Shown here: piece by piece, positions 28,717 through 37,659 of the stretch
How positions within the stretch are numbered: the first letter of the stretch is position 1
How the letters are laid out: each line of letters opens with the position of its first letter
NCBI GenBank assembly: GCA_011048995.1
Contig: DSCS01000025.1
Span: 3,444-67,443, forward strand
Length of the DNA: 64,000 nt
Reading direction: 5' to 3'
Origin: Bacillota bacterium
GTDB taxonomy: Bacteria; Macinerneyibacteriota; Macinerneyibacteria; Macinerneyibacteriales; DSCS01
Position numbers and translations under genes: made by a program
The notes under the pieces: model-generated
The model's input: only the letters and a program-made list of their open reading frames with translations
Told to the model about the DNA's origin: nothing
Database searches by the model: none

Positions 28717-30795
28717 TTAATATTCCTGAATGCCTTCAGGATAGGTCGTCACCACGCGCCAGCTCCAAATCGGCTGCACTTCGATCTTCAGCGTAAACGG
28801 CGGCTCATAGGTGTAGAGATTCGGGTCATAATTATAACTTCTGAATTTAAATCCGTTCCATCGAGTCTGCTGGCCGGAATCCGTAGTCACCGCGTAGATC
28901 TGCTCGTCACAGGTCGCACTCCCATAAAGGAACCAAGTCCCTTTTTTGTAAACATAATTAGTGGTGCGGGCGTAGGCATGCTCTGTCGATGAACGGGTCT
29001 CTCCATAAACCCTGTGCTTGGCATAAAAGACCCCCATGGTGAAGATATCCGGATAATCGTCTCCGCCGATGGCCCCGCTCAGCACCCCGGTCCCTTCGCC
29101 GTCGACTCGGTCGGCAATATTATTTTTATTATAAATATCATAATAATTATCCTGTTTTTTATCCGTATAATTGAACATATTTCCCGGAATGACGATGTCA
29201 TGTTTTACAAAGACACCCAGGATATTCGGCTTTCCCTGATCAGGCTCTGCTCCCGCTCCCGGGTAACCCTGTTTGACCCTCATATCACTGAAATCTTTAT
29301 AGGTGTAAGTTACTTTTCCGCAAAACTCCTGATAGATAATATCCCCGGCGATAACGGCATCATAATCGCTGAAAATAGAAAGTTGGCCGTCCAAAACACC
29401 GGTCAGGCCCCGGATCCCTTTCGTCTTATAGATCCCGTAACTCAGATTCGTGTGGCTTTCGTTGGCCACGGTTCCGTTGTAATATCCTTTTGTGGAGGGA
29501 TTGCCGTCCACATACATCAACGGGGACTCCAGATCGGCGATGTTCACGGTGTAGGTCCCGGAGCCGGATCCTGCCTGGTTTCCGTTGACGAAGAGTGTGC
29601 CGCTGTCCAGTGTAATGACAAGTTTGCCGTCTCCGTTGACATTCAACGCTCCCGGATCCAGTTTGAGAAGTTTCACATCCCCGTTTTCCACAAGAACACC
29701 GTTATTTTTGGCTTCCCGCCTTACCCTTGAAAAGTGCTCATCCGTATTGGGGTTAATGGGAGGGATGATGGCCGGGTTCCCATTTCCCTTAAAAGAGGCC
29801 CAGGCTTTTTTTGCATTATTGGCATGAAAACCCCAGGTCTTAATATAAAAATTGTCATTCTGCAGTTTCACAGTATCGTCTTTATGAGCTTCCAGAAAAG
29901 CTTTTTGGGTGGCGATCCCCCCGCCCCCCAAGGGACTGCCCTGTATTTTAAAGCCTTCTCCCTGATCGCTGACACTGAACTGGTCATAGATCTTAGCCAG
30001 GGATTCTTCTGTTTGCTGGGCAGTAAAAATAAAATCAATATAATCGTAAGCATGAAGCTTTCCAAAGACATTGTACCCTTTTCCCACATTAATATGGCCT
30101 TTAAAGGCCCCGATGGCAAATTCGCTCACCGACAAGGAGTCCGTCCCCCGGGCGACAGCCCGGATATAGGTCACTTTGGGAGGATAATCATCTTCGATGA
30201 TGTAATTGGCCCCTTCCATGCGGAGCTTCACACCCCGGAGATCGGTGCCCTTACAGAAAATATCATAGACATAGGTGTACTGGCTGACGGAATCATCCTT
30301 ATCCGAGATCCGGAGCCATCCCTCGATGCGCCCCGAAGGCTTCATCCCTGATGAGGCCACGGCATAGTAATCTTCTCTTATCTCCCCGTCAGGCCAGATC
30401 AAATGATCCACCACTTTGATCCACCAGGTATTCCCGACATCGTCAACCGGAACAGCCGTGTAGACATAACCGCCTTCTGTGTTGCTGTCCGGATTGACAC
30501 TTCCTGTCAACATGACATCATTAGTGGAATGTGCGGCCGTCTCATAATCGTAGTATTCATCCACCGGATTATGAGTCGCTTCATAAAGCCACCTTTTATA
30601 CCCCTTCTGAATATGCCATTTGATCTCATCCAGTGCCATATTCGCATAATGAAGAGAATACTCCTTCTGCTTACTGGACCGTGTCGTTGAAACGTAAGAT
30701 GAGATAAGCATAGAGAGCGCGGCGATCATAACAGCTGAAATCGCCACCATCCCCAAAGCCATGAGAAAGGCTATGCCTCGTCTATTGATAGCCAT
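28717..30795 (-). CDS. PilX/GspK-like large pilin (692 aa)
   Basis: RRG|IAFLMALGMV signal lacking E5; YANMALDEIK helix; C-terminal YNYDPNL...PPF; AGGAGG SD. Confidence 0.78.
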   Translation of the reverse strand: MAINRRGIAFLMALGMVAISAVMIAALSMLISSYVSTTRSSKQKEYSLHYANMALDEIKWHIQKGYKRWLYEATHNPVDEYYDYETAAHSTNDVMLTGSVNPDSNTEGGYVYTAVPVDDVGNTWWIKVVDHLIWPDGEIREDYYAVASSGMKPSGRIEGWLRISDKDDSVSQYTYVYDIFCKGTDLRGVKLRMEGANYIIEDDYPPKVTYIRAVARGTDSLSVSEFAIGAFKGHINVGKGYNVFGKLHAYDYIDFIFTAQQTEESLAKIYDQFSVSDQGEGFKIQGSPLGGGGIATQKAFLEAHKDDTVKLQNDNFYIKTWGFHANNAKKAWASFKGNGNPAIIPPINPNTDEHFSRVRREAKNNGVLVENGDVKLLKLDPGALNVNGDGKLVITLDSGTLFVNGNQAGSGSGTYTVNIADLESPLMYVDGNPSTKGYYNGTVANESHTNLSYGIYKTKGIRGLTGVLDGQLSIFSDYDAVIAGDIIYQEFCGKVTYTYKDFSDMRVKQGYPGAGAEPDQGKPNILGVFVKHDIVIPGNMFNYTDKKQDNYYDIYNKNNIADRVDGEGTGVLSGAIGGDDYPDIFTMGVFYAKHRVYGETRSSTEHAYARTTNYVYKKGTWFLYGSATCDEQIYAVTTDSGQQTRWNGFKFRSYNYDPNLYTYEPPFTLKIEVQPIWSWRVVTTYPEGIQEY

Positions 30796-30838
30796 AAAAG
30801 ACCTCCTTTTTTCCTGTCAAATACTTTCTATGTTATAG

Positions 30839-30855
30839 AGCATTATCCGTGCCAA
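30839..30855 (-). promoter_or_regulatory. Sigma-54 (-24/-12) promoter
   Basis: Minus strand TTGGCACGGATAATGCT: GG-N10-GC, near-consensus TGGCACG-N4-TTGCW, 43 nt upstream of the 30795 start. Confidence 0.85.
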
Positions 30856-30942
30856 AACAAAGATCCGCTTGCCGTTTCTTTAACTGCCCTGTTGACAACC
30901 AGTTAGACGACCTTGCTTAACACCACTTCGTCTTGCTCAAAA

Positions 30943-30969
30943 AAAAGTGCCCGATTTATGGGCACTTTT
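30943..30969. promoter_or_regulatory. Palindrome: bEBP enhancer site and/or terminator of the upstream ATPase gene
   Basis: AAAAGTGCCC-GATTTAT-GGGCACTTTT; 17-bp core TGCCCGATTTATGGGCA; T-tract follows on the minus strand. Confidence 0.55.
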
Positions 30970-31070
30970 CATTCATCCGTCTTATCTTTTACAGGATTTC
31001 AAAGAGGGCGTGAATAAAAAAATGATGGTGCAGTGCTTCTCCAAGTCAGGACACGGCCCGGATCCGCCCT

Positions 31071-32138
31071 TCAGGCTTTTCGCCGACGGTCTTCTCCCCC
31101 GATCCGGACTCCTCTGGCCATTTCATGCAGGCGCGACAAGATCCGCTCATCCAGTTTATTGACCAATTCCTGGGGGGAAAGGTCGGAGATAAAGATCGTA
31201 GGCAATTTTTCCTGATATCTGTTATTGATGAGCGTGAAGACCTTGTCTCGTCCCCATTCATCCAATGTCTCAATGCCCAGATCATCAATAACCAGAAACT
31301 CGCATTCCGCCATCTCCCTCAGGCGTTCCTCCCTGAAAGAAGACTTCAGTTCCGTAAGGAATTGAGGCAAGCTGATATAGCGTTTCCGAAGTAATTCAAA
31401 ACGAAGATAAAGAGGCTTTCGTATGAGCTCCATCAATACGGCCATCCCTAAATGTGTTTTCCCGGTTCCCACCGGGCCGATGAGAAGAAGGCTTTCTCCC
31501 GATTGGAGAACTGTTTCAAAAGCTGAAACATACTTTTTCATGGCTTTCATGGCGGCCTTGTTGCTTTCCTCGATAATAAACTCATCAAACCCTTTGTTTC
31601 TAAACCTGCGGTTGATCCCCGCTTCTTCCATAACACGACTGTAGAGATGGGGACACAAAGCTAAAAATTCCCGGTTCTCATTGTATCCTTCGACGACAAC
31701 AACACGCCCGGTCCTTTTGCAGAGGTAACAACTCTCCTCCCCTTTGACCTGAACGGGTTTTAAGCCGTATTTTTCTCTGGCGACTTTATTGACGCCTTCA
31801 TAAAACGAACGCAGCCCTTTCACAAATTCTTCCGTCGTTTCCGGTGCATTTTTCAAAAGATACCGCAGGGGTTCAGCATTGAGGAAAAACTGTTTGTTGA
31901 AAAGGGCATCGACCTGAGTCTTCTGTCCGGTCTCTGTGACGAGACGCTGATGAACAGCAGCCAAAAGTTTTTCACGGTATTGATTATAGGCTGCCGCCGG
32001 CCTCCGATTTTTTTCATGCGTATGACTCAACAGGGGGTTATATCCGAAATCTTCAATTCTCTTACCGGTGGTCAGATAATTATAGTACTCTCTGAGGGAT
32101 CGAAACGCATTGATTCTTTTCGTTTTATCCTCGAGCAT
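31071..32138 (-). CDS. DnaC/DnaI/IstB-like AAA+ ATPase with Zn-binding motif
   Basis: CYLC..G...CPH, GPVGTGKTHL, LVIDDLG, RILSRLHEM, GEDRR. Confidence 0.88.
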   Translation of the reverse strand: MLEDKTKRINAFRSLREYYNYLTTGKRIEDFGYNPLLSHTHEKNRRPAAAYNQYREKLLAAVHQRLVTETGQKTQVDALFNKQFFLNAEPLRYLLKNAPETTEEFVKGLRSFYEGVNKVAREKYGLKPVQVKGEESCYLCKRTGRVVVVEGYNENREFLALCPHLYSRVMEEAGINRRFRNKGFDEFIIEESNKAAMKAMKKYVSAFETVLQSGESLLLIGPVGTGKTHLGMAVLMELIRKPLYLRFELLRKRYISLPQFLTELKSSFREERLREMAECEFLVIDDLGIETLDEWGRDKVFTLINNRYQEKLPTIFISDLSPQELVNKLDERILSRLHEMARGVRIGGEDRRRKA

Positions 32139-32160
32139 AAAACCTCCCCGTTATGCTGAA

Positions 32161-32189
32161 AGCCTATCAAACAAAGGGCTGAGCGTCAA
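32161..32189 (-). promoter_or_regulatory. Sigma-70 promoter of the DnaC-like gene
   Basis: TTGACG-17-TAGGCT. Confidence 0.55.
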
Positions 32190-32200
32190 GAAAAAAGACC

Positions 32201-32866
32201 TTAAGAGCCCGCCCGCCCCTCTTCTCCGATAAGGGGAACGAAAAGGCACCCTTCACATTCCTTGATGAGAAATTTCCCCTCTTTTTTACGGGCCTGCAAC
32301 AGATTCTGTCCATAAGAAGGACCTACAGGCATGACCAAAAGGCCGTTTTCGGCTAATTGGGCCTGTAAAGAGGGAGGTACGGAAGAAGCTGCAGCCGAAA
32401 CAATAATACGGTCATAGGGGGCTTTGGGCGGATAACCCAGAGAACCGTCTCCGGTATAGAGAAAGGGTTTCAGACAACCGATACTGTCCAAAGTCTGACG
32501 GGCTTTCAAAACAAACTCCCCGATACGGTCGATGGAATAGAGGACAGCGCAGCAGCGGGACAAAAGGGCTGTCTGATACCCCGAGCCTGTTCCGATTTCC
32601 AACACTCGCTCTTTTCCTGAGAGCTCTAACATCTCCATCATACGGGCCACGATATAAGGCTGGGATACCGTTTGCCCCCGGCCTATGGGAAGCGGCGTAT
32701 CCTTATAAGCGCTGTTTTTCAAATATGCGGGCACAAAATACTCTCGGGGGACAGCACGGAAGGCTTCCAGAACAAGAGGATCGGAAATCCCCCGTCTTTC
32801 CAGCTGCTCTTCTACCATACGTATGCGAAGCCGCTCAAACTCTTTTAGTTGCCTCTTGCTGATCAT
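32201..32866 (-). CDS. pcm: Protein-L-isoaspartate O-methyltransferase
   Basis: VPREYFV, GQTVSQP, VLEIGTGSGYQ, FVPLIG. Confidence 0.96.
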   Translation of the reverse strand: MISKRQLKEFERLRIRMVEEQLERRGISDPLVLEAFRAVPREYFVPAYLKNSAYKDTPLPIGRGQTVSQPYIVARMMEMLELSGKERVLEIGTGSGYQTALLSRCCAVLYSIDRIGEFVLKARQTLDSIGCLKPFLYTGDGSLGYPPKAPYDRIIVSAAASSVPPSLQAQLAENGLLVMPVGPSYGQNLLQARKKEGKFLIKECEGCLFVPLIGEEGRAGS

Positions 32867-32991
32867 TCATTTCCTTTTCGGGAAGCCCCCTGTTGTGTCT
32901 TTCATCTTGAATCTCCGTCTCCCTATGATACCATAGTTCATAGAAAGAGAAAAGGACCTTTCTTTTGTCACCTAACCTGCCAGGAGGATCT

Positions 32992-34194
32992 ATGGGCTCC
33001 AAAACTCCCCGAGGCGAGCGCTTGAGCATCGCCCTCATCGGCCGCCGGAATGTAGGCAAGTCATCCCTTATTAACGCCTTGACAGGGCAAGAGATCGCGA
33101 TTGTCGATGATCATCCCGGCACGACCACTGACCCTGTGGCAAAACCCTTCGAACTTCTCCCCTTTGGGCCTGTGACCTTCTACGACACGGCAGGCATCGA
33201 TGATATCGGAGGGGTCGGGGAAAAAAGGGTCCGCGCCTCTCTCAAGATCCTTTGGAGAAGCGACATCGCCCTTTTAGTCACGGACAGCAAGGGATTAGGC
33301 CCTGATGAAAAGAACATCATCGGTCAATTAGAAAAAACAGGGATCCCTTTTCTGATCCTTTTTAATAAAAGCGATTCAGGGTCACCGCCCTCCGCTTCTC
33401 CGGAACTTTGCCGGAAAAAAAAATATCCTTTTGTTTTTCTCTCCACAAAAAACGGAGACGGCATAAAAGAAGCCCGGGAGAAAGTCATTACCCTGGCCTC
33501 TTCCTTGGCTGCTGAAGAGCGGCCGCTTATCCGTGATATCCTCCGGCCCGGGGAGACAGTCCTTCTCATCACTCCCATCGACCCGGGAGCCCCCAAGGGG
33601 CGGCTGATCCTTCCCCAGGTCCAGGTACTCCGTGATATCCTGGATGGGGATGCTCTGGCGTTTACGGCGAAGGAAACTGATATCAATCGGGCCTTAAACA
33701 CCCTTAAAGAACCCCCTTCCCTTGTGATCACCGATTCTCAGGTCATCGGGCTGGTTGACAAACATGTTCCGGAATCTATTCCCCTGACGACTTTTTCCAC
33801 GGCTTTCGCCCGTTATAAGGGAGAATTAGCCGTTTTGACCGAAGGCGCCCGCCTTTTGGATACCCTCAAAGACGGGGACTCTCTTCTCATTGCCGAAGCC
33901 TGCTCCCATCATGTCCAATGCGATGATATCGGACGGGTCAAAATCCCGCGCTGGCTTAAGGACTATACGGGAAAAGAGCTGAACCTTACAATAGCAGCGG
34001 GACATGATTTTCCCGATGATTTAGAGAAGTTTTCATTGGTCATCCATTGCGGCGGCTGTATGCTGACAGCTACAGAGATGAAACGACGTATGCGCCAATG
34101 TCTGGCCCGCGGAGTCCCTGTAACGAATTACGGGGTGGCCATCTCCAAAATGCATGGTGTATTAGACCGTATCGTCCGTCCCTTCGGCCTTTAA
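32992..34194 (+). CDS. hydF: [FeFe]-hydrogenase maturation GTPase HydF
   Basis: GRRNVGKSS, GTTTDPV, DTAG, NKSD, PKGRLILPQ, EACSHH...HCGGCML Fe-S motif. Confidence 0.96.
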   Translation: MGSKTPRGERLSIALIGRRNVGKSSLINALTGQEIAIVDDHPGTTTDPVAKPFELLPFGPVTFYDTAGIDDIGGVGEKRVRASLKILWRSDIALLVTDSKGLGPDEKNIIGQLEKTGIPFLILFNKSDSGSPPSASPELCRKKKYPFVFLSTKNGDGIKEAREKVITLASSLAAEERPLIRDILRPGETVLLITPIDPGAPKGRLILPQVQVLRDILDGDALAFTAKETDINRALNTLKEPPSLVITDSQVIGLVDKHVPESIPLTTFSTAFARYKGELAVLTEGARLLDTLKDGDSLLIAEACSHHVQCDDIGRVKIPRWLKDYTGKELNLTIAAGHDFPDDLEKFSLVIHCGGCMLTATEMKRRMRQCLARGVPVTNYGVAISKMHGVLDRIVRPFGL

Positions 34195-34853
34195 AGGCCT
34201 TTGAACAATGCCCTGAAGCAGAGACAGATAAAAGACCGGGTATCTCTTATACCCTTTATGGCGCTGACACTTCCGTTATAAACAGTTGAGATCGGAATAA
34301 AATGCGGGGCAAACCCCTTCCTGACAGCCCGTATGATATATTCGCTTTCCATATCAAATCCCGGAGCGGTCGTTTCAACGACTTCCAAAACTTCCCGGCG
34401 AAGAGCCCGATAGCCGCATTGGGCATCCTCTATGGAAACCCTCAGAAGCCAGGAAAGGATCCGGGAAGTCATCCGGTTGGAGAAACGGCGCAAAAGGGGC
34501 ATAGAAGGATTTTCAAAGTCCCGCTTTCCGATGACAAAAGGATGTTTTCTTAAAGCCTCTGTGAAAGAAGGGAAAAAGCGTGGCTCATGCTGTCCGTCAC
34601 TGTCCATGGTGATCACGGCTTCATAACCCTGCTCCAGGGCATAGGAAAAACCGGTGCGAAGGGCGGCCCCTTTGCCTTTGTTGGCTCCATGATGAAGAAG
34701 AGCTGCCGAAGGATGAAAAGCCGCCCAATCGGGGATGAAGTCTGAGCCGTCGTTGACGATACAAATATCAGCCGGAATTTCTTTCAGTGATTGGATAAGA
34801 GGTAAAAGGGCCTCCCAACTGTTGAAGACAGGGATGACAATCAAAAGATTCAT
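34191..34853 (-). CDS. Glycosyltransferase family 2 (DPM1-like)
   Basis: [32 protein letters not shown]. Confidence 0.92.
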   Translation of the reverse strand: MNLLIVIPVFNSWEALLPLIQSLKEIPADICIVNDGSDFIPDWAAFHPSAALLHHGANKGKGAALRTGFSYALEQGYEAVITMDSDGQHEPRFFPSFTEALRKHPFVIGKRDFENPSMPLLRRFSNRMTSRILSWLLRVSIEDAQCGYRALRREVLEVVETTAPGFDMESEYIIRAVRKGFAPHFIPISTVYNGSVSAIKGIRDTRSFICLCFRALFKGL

Positions 34854-34895
34854 AGGATTATTATAGAGGGACCCGGCAAAAGGGAAAGAAAAAAA

Positions 34896-34969
34896 TCGGG
34901 GCGAGAGGATTTGAACCTCCGACCACTTGAACCCCATTCAAGTACGCTACCGGACTGCGCTACGCCCCG
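34896..34969 (-). tRNA. tRNA-Pro(GGG), CCA not encoded
   Basis: CGGGGCGTAGCGCAGTCCGGTAGCG...CTTGA-ATGGGGT-TCAAG...GGTTCAAATCC...CGCCCCGA; promoter TTTACA-16-TATAAT at 34979-35006. Confidence 0.96.
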
Positions 34970-35023
34970 ATGAAGTGCATTATAATGAGATTTGCCCGCA
35001 TGTAAAGTATTTTTTAAAAAAAA

Positions 35024-36439
35024 TCAGGAGGGAGATACCTTAAAGAGAGCCGTGCCGTTTTTTCCGCTTCTTTTCACTTCATACATGGCCCGATCCGCCT
35101 GAAAAAGAGTCTGTCCCGGTGCCTGAGAAAGAGAGGGATAATGGGATATTCCCACACTGACACTCAGAGCCACAGAAACATCCTTTTTATTTATAAATTT
35201 ATATGTACGCAGACAATCATGGATCTGCCGCGCATACTCCTGAGCGTCTTTAATAGTTTTACCGGGGAGGAAAAGAATAAATTCATCACCTCCGTAGCGA
35301 AAACCGTAATCATCAACGGTGATGATCTTCCGTAACAATTCAGCAAATTCGATGAGAGTGGCACTACCATACTGATGTCCGTAACGGTCATTGACCGTTT
35401 TAAAGTTATCCAGATCCATAAACAAAAGAGAAAAGGGTTGTTTTGATTCATTATACTCAGAAAAGAGTTCATTAAGCTTGCGTAAATTAAAGAGACGGGT
35501 CAAATGGTCCAGAAGAGTCAGTGTGTACGTCTCTTCCAACAGATAGGTGTTTTTTATGGAAATAGCGGCATCCTCGACAAGGATTTCAAGAATATTGAGG
35601 TCCTCTTCGTCAAAGGCACTGCCGTCCTGCTTGTTGATGACCTCCACAACCCCCAAAAGATCATCACGATAGACGATCGGCACGCAAACTACACTTTTTG
35701 TCGTAAACTTTGTCTTTTTGTCGATTTTTTTGAAAAACCGCTCATCTTTCCCTGTATCCTTAACCAGAATACTTTGACGCTGAGCAGCCGCCCAGCCTAC
35801 GATCCCTGTTCCCCAGGGCAGCTCCTCTCCGGTCAGCTTCTCCGAAGCTTCCCCGACGACATACTTAAAGACCAGGACGTTCTTTTCTTTGTCATACATA
35901 AAGAGTGTCCAAGCTTCCGCCCCGACAAGCTCTCCGGCATTCTGCATCAATTTCAGCAAAATATCATCCAGCTTTAAAGAAGAGTTCAGCATTTTTGCTG
36001 TTTCGTTTAACAGATTCAGTTGATAGACTTTTCGGTTAAGCTTGCCCAAAAGACGCTGATTTTCTCTCTCCAGATGATACTGGAAAAAGGACTTCTCCAA
36101 AGCTTCTATTAACTCCCGCTCGGGAAAGGGGCGTGTCAAAAAAAAGCGTATGCTCAGCTGCATGACCCTCCTTAAAGCCTGGAGAGTCGTTTCCCGGGCG
36201 ATGATAATCACCGATACTGCAGGGTCTTTTTCATCCGTGATCCGTTCAAGAAGCTCCAAATGATCGTCTAAACGGTCATCCAGGTCGACAATAACAGCCT
36301 GAGCTTTCCCGCCCTGGGCCAGAGTCTTTAACTCTTTTAATGTATGGATGACTTTTGTTTGATAACCGTGTTTAGAAACAATCAGCGGAATAGCGTATAA
36401 TTCCTTTTTTTCCGTAAAAATCGCCACGGTTTCCGTCAT
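35024..36439 (-). CDS. Diguanylate cyclase: atypical REC - GAF - GGDEF
   Basis: GAF motifs GTGIVGW, TKSVVCVPI, EVINK; DLDNFKTVND..GH, RYGGDEF. Confidence 0.93.
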   Translation of the reverse strand: MTETVAIFTEKKELYAIPLIVSKHGYQTKVIHTLKELKTLAQGGKAQAVIVDLDDRLDDHLELLERITDEKDPAVSVIIIARETTLQALRRVMQLSIRFFLTRPFPERELIEALEKSFFQYHLERENQRLLGKLNRKVYQLNLLNETAKMLNSSLKLDDILLKLMQNAGELVGAEAWTLFMYDKEKNVLVFKYVVGEASEKLTGEELPWGTGIVGWAAAQRQSILVKDTGKDERFFKKIDKKTKFTTKSVVCVPIVYRDDLLGVVEVINKQDGSAFDEEDLNILEILVEDAAISIKNTYLLEETYTLTLLDHLTRLFNLRKLNELFSEYNESKQPFSLLFMDLDNFKTVNDRYGHQYGSATLIEFAELLRKIITVDDYGFRYGGDEFILFLPGKTIKDAQEYARQIHDCLRTYKFINKKDVSVALSVSVGISHYPSLSQAPGQTLFQADRAMYEVKRSGKNGTALFKVSPS

Positions 36440-36918
36440 ATCGCCACAATTTCCGCGTTGACATCCCTTCCGTGAACAGTCATTGTGATAAACGTATTGT
36501 GAAGAGCGAAACGCTTGTCTGTGGGAGAACCGGGGTTCAAAATCAGCCGTTCCCCCTCCCGCTTGATCAAAGGGCTATGTGAATGCCCGAAGACCAGGAC
36601 GTCCCAGTCCATATTTTCAAAGGCTTTCAAAACGCGTTTTTCCAGCCCCGACGGGCCTCCCCATCCATGGACCATAGCAATACGGACCTCTTCCACACAG
36701 ATCACTTTTTTCAACGGAAGAGCCGTCTCTAAAGCCCCCCGGTCCATATTCCCCAGCACTCCGTGAAGAGGCTTCCCGAAAGAGATCAGCTGCTCATAAT
36801 ACTCCATACCGGTAAAATCCCCGGCATGGAGCATCATATCCGCTTTTTCAATATGTGAGGCGACAAGTTTCGGCAGCGGGCCATTATGCGTGTCAGAAAT
36901 AATGACAAGAGATGCCAC
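36436..36918 (-). CDS. YfcE/MJ0936-family metallophosphoesterase
   Basis: SDTH, HAGD, GNMD, HG, FGHSH, NPGS. Confidence 0.92.
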   Translation of the reverse strand: MASLVIISDTHNGPLPKLVASHIEKADMMLHAGDFTGMEYYEQLISFGKPLHGVLGNMDRGALETALPLKKVICVEEVRIAMVHGWGGPSGLEKRVLKAFENMDWDVLVFGHSHSPLIKREGERLILNPGSPTDKRFALHNTFITMTVHGRDVNAEIVAI

Positions 36919-37016
36919 TATTTTTTCCAGTCATTCTTATGCCTGTTCAAACGGGCTTTTTTCTTCCTTTTATGTTTGTTGATCTTCGCTTTTCTTTTTT
37001 TCTTGATGGATCCCAT
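36918..37016 (-). CDS. 32-aa basic protein, bS22 / AURKAIP1-COX24 (mS38) family
   Basis: Manual translation MGSIKKKRKAKINKHKRKKKARLNRHKNDWKK*; AAGGAGG SD; stop overlaps the next GTG start. Confidence 0.82.
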   Translation of the reverse strand: MGSIKKKRKAKINKHKRKKKARLNRHKNDWKK

Positions 37017-37028
37017 GCTTTCCCTCCT

Positions 37029-37310
37029 TTACGCTTTATTAACCCTGCTCTTTAATTTCGGCGAGGGTTTGAAAACCGGCACCGTTTTCTCAGGCACCTG
37101 AATCTGTTTTTCGGTGTGGGGGTTACGCGCCATGCGGGCATTTCTTTTCAAAGTCTTAAATGTCCCAAATCCGCGCAATTCCACTTTATCGCCTTTTTCC
37201 AAAGCTTCTGATATGGAAGATAGAACAATATCAACCATGGTCACGGCATCTTTTTTGTTTATGAAATCATAGATCTCCATTATTTTTTCGGCCAGGTCGC
37301 TTTTTGTCAT
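37029..37310 (-). CDS. HU/IHF-beta family DNA-binding protein
   Basis: MTKSDL, VELRGFGTF, ARNPHT, FKPS. Confidence 0.93.
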   Translation of the reverse strand: MTKSDLAEKIMEIYDFINKKDAVTMVDIVLSSISEALEKGDKVELRGFGTFKTLKRNARMARNPHTEKQIQVPEKTVPVFKPSPKLKSRVNKA

Positions 37311-37398
37311 ATACCCCCCTTTATCTGTCACCATTCTGTTTTGTTTACTTGGTAAACATACCACACAACCCACACTTGTCAAGATAAAAGGCTCCTAT

Positions 37399-37659
37399 TC
37401 AAGAAGTTAAACGATGTCTAAGCGCTTCAGCCAGAGCTTCCCTGCGACAGGGAAGTGACAAAACCCCGCTTTTGCGGCTTCCTTCTGCCGAATCAGTGAT
37501 AACCAGGAGAGTTTTCTCCCCGTGAGACAGGCCCTTTCGGGGATCATCGCAGATGACAAAAGCAGCATTCCGGGGAATCCGCCCTTCTTCAACCAAGGCT
37601 GTTACATACCTCTTCATCATTCTTTTAAGCCGGTCGTCTTCGATATCAAATAGGATCAT
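37399..37659 (-). CDS. Hypothetical protein
   Basis: 86-aa ORF overlapping the suhB end. Confidence 0.55.
   Translation of the reverse strand: MILFDIEDDRLKRMMKRYVTALVEEGRIPRNAAFVICDDPRKGLSHGEKTLLVITDSAEGSRKSGVLSLPCRREALAEALRHRLTS

Noticed and set aside
31071-32138. IS21 element or prophage replication module suggested by the IstB/DnaC-like ATPase
   Set aside because: No IstA transposase, terminal inverted repeats, integrase or other phage genes; both flanks are chromosomal genes
34854-34937. GT2 ORF extension into the tRNA
   Set aside because: The extension merely reads through tRNA-Pro; the real start is 34853
34896-34969. tRNA as an integration site for a genomic island
   Set aside because: I saw no duplicated tRNA 3' end (att site) and no integrase in the window
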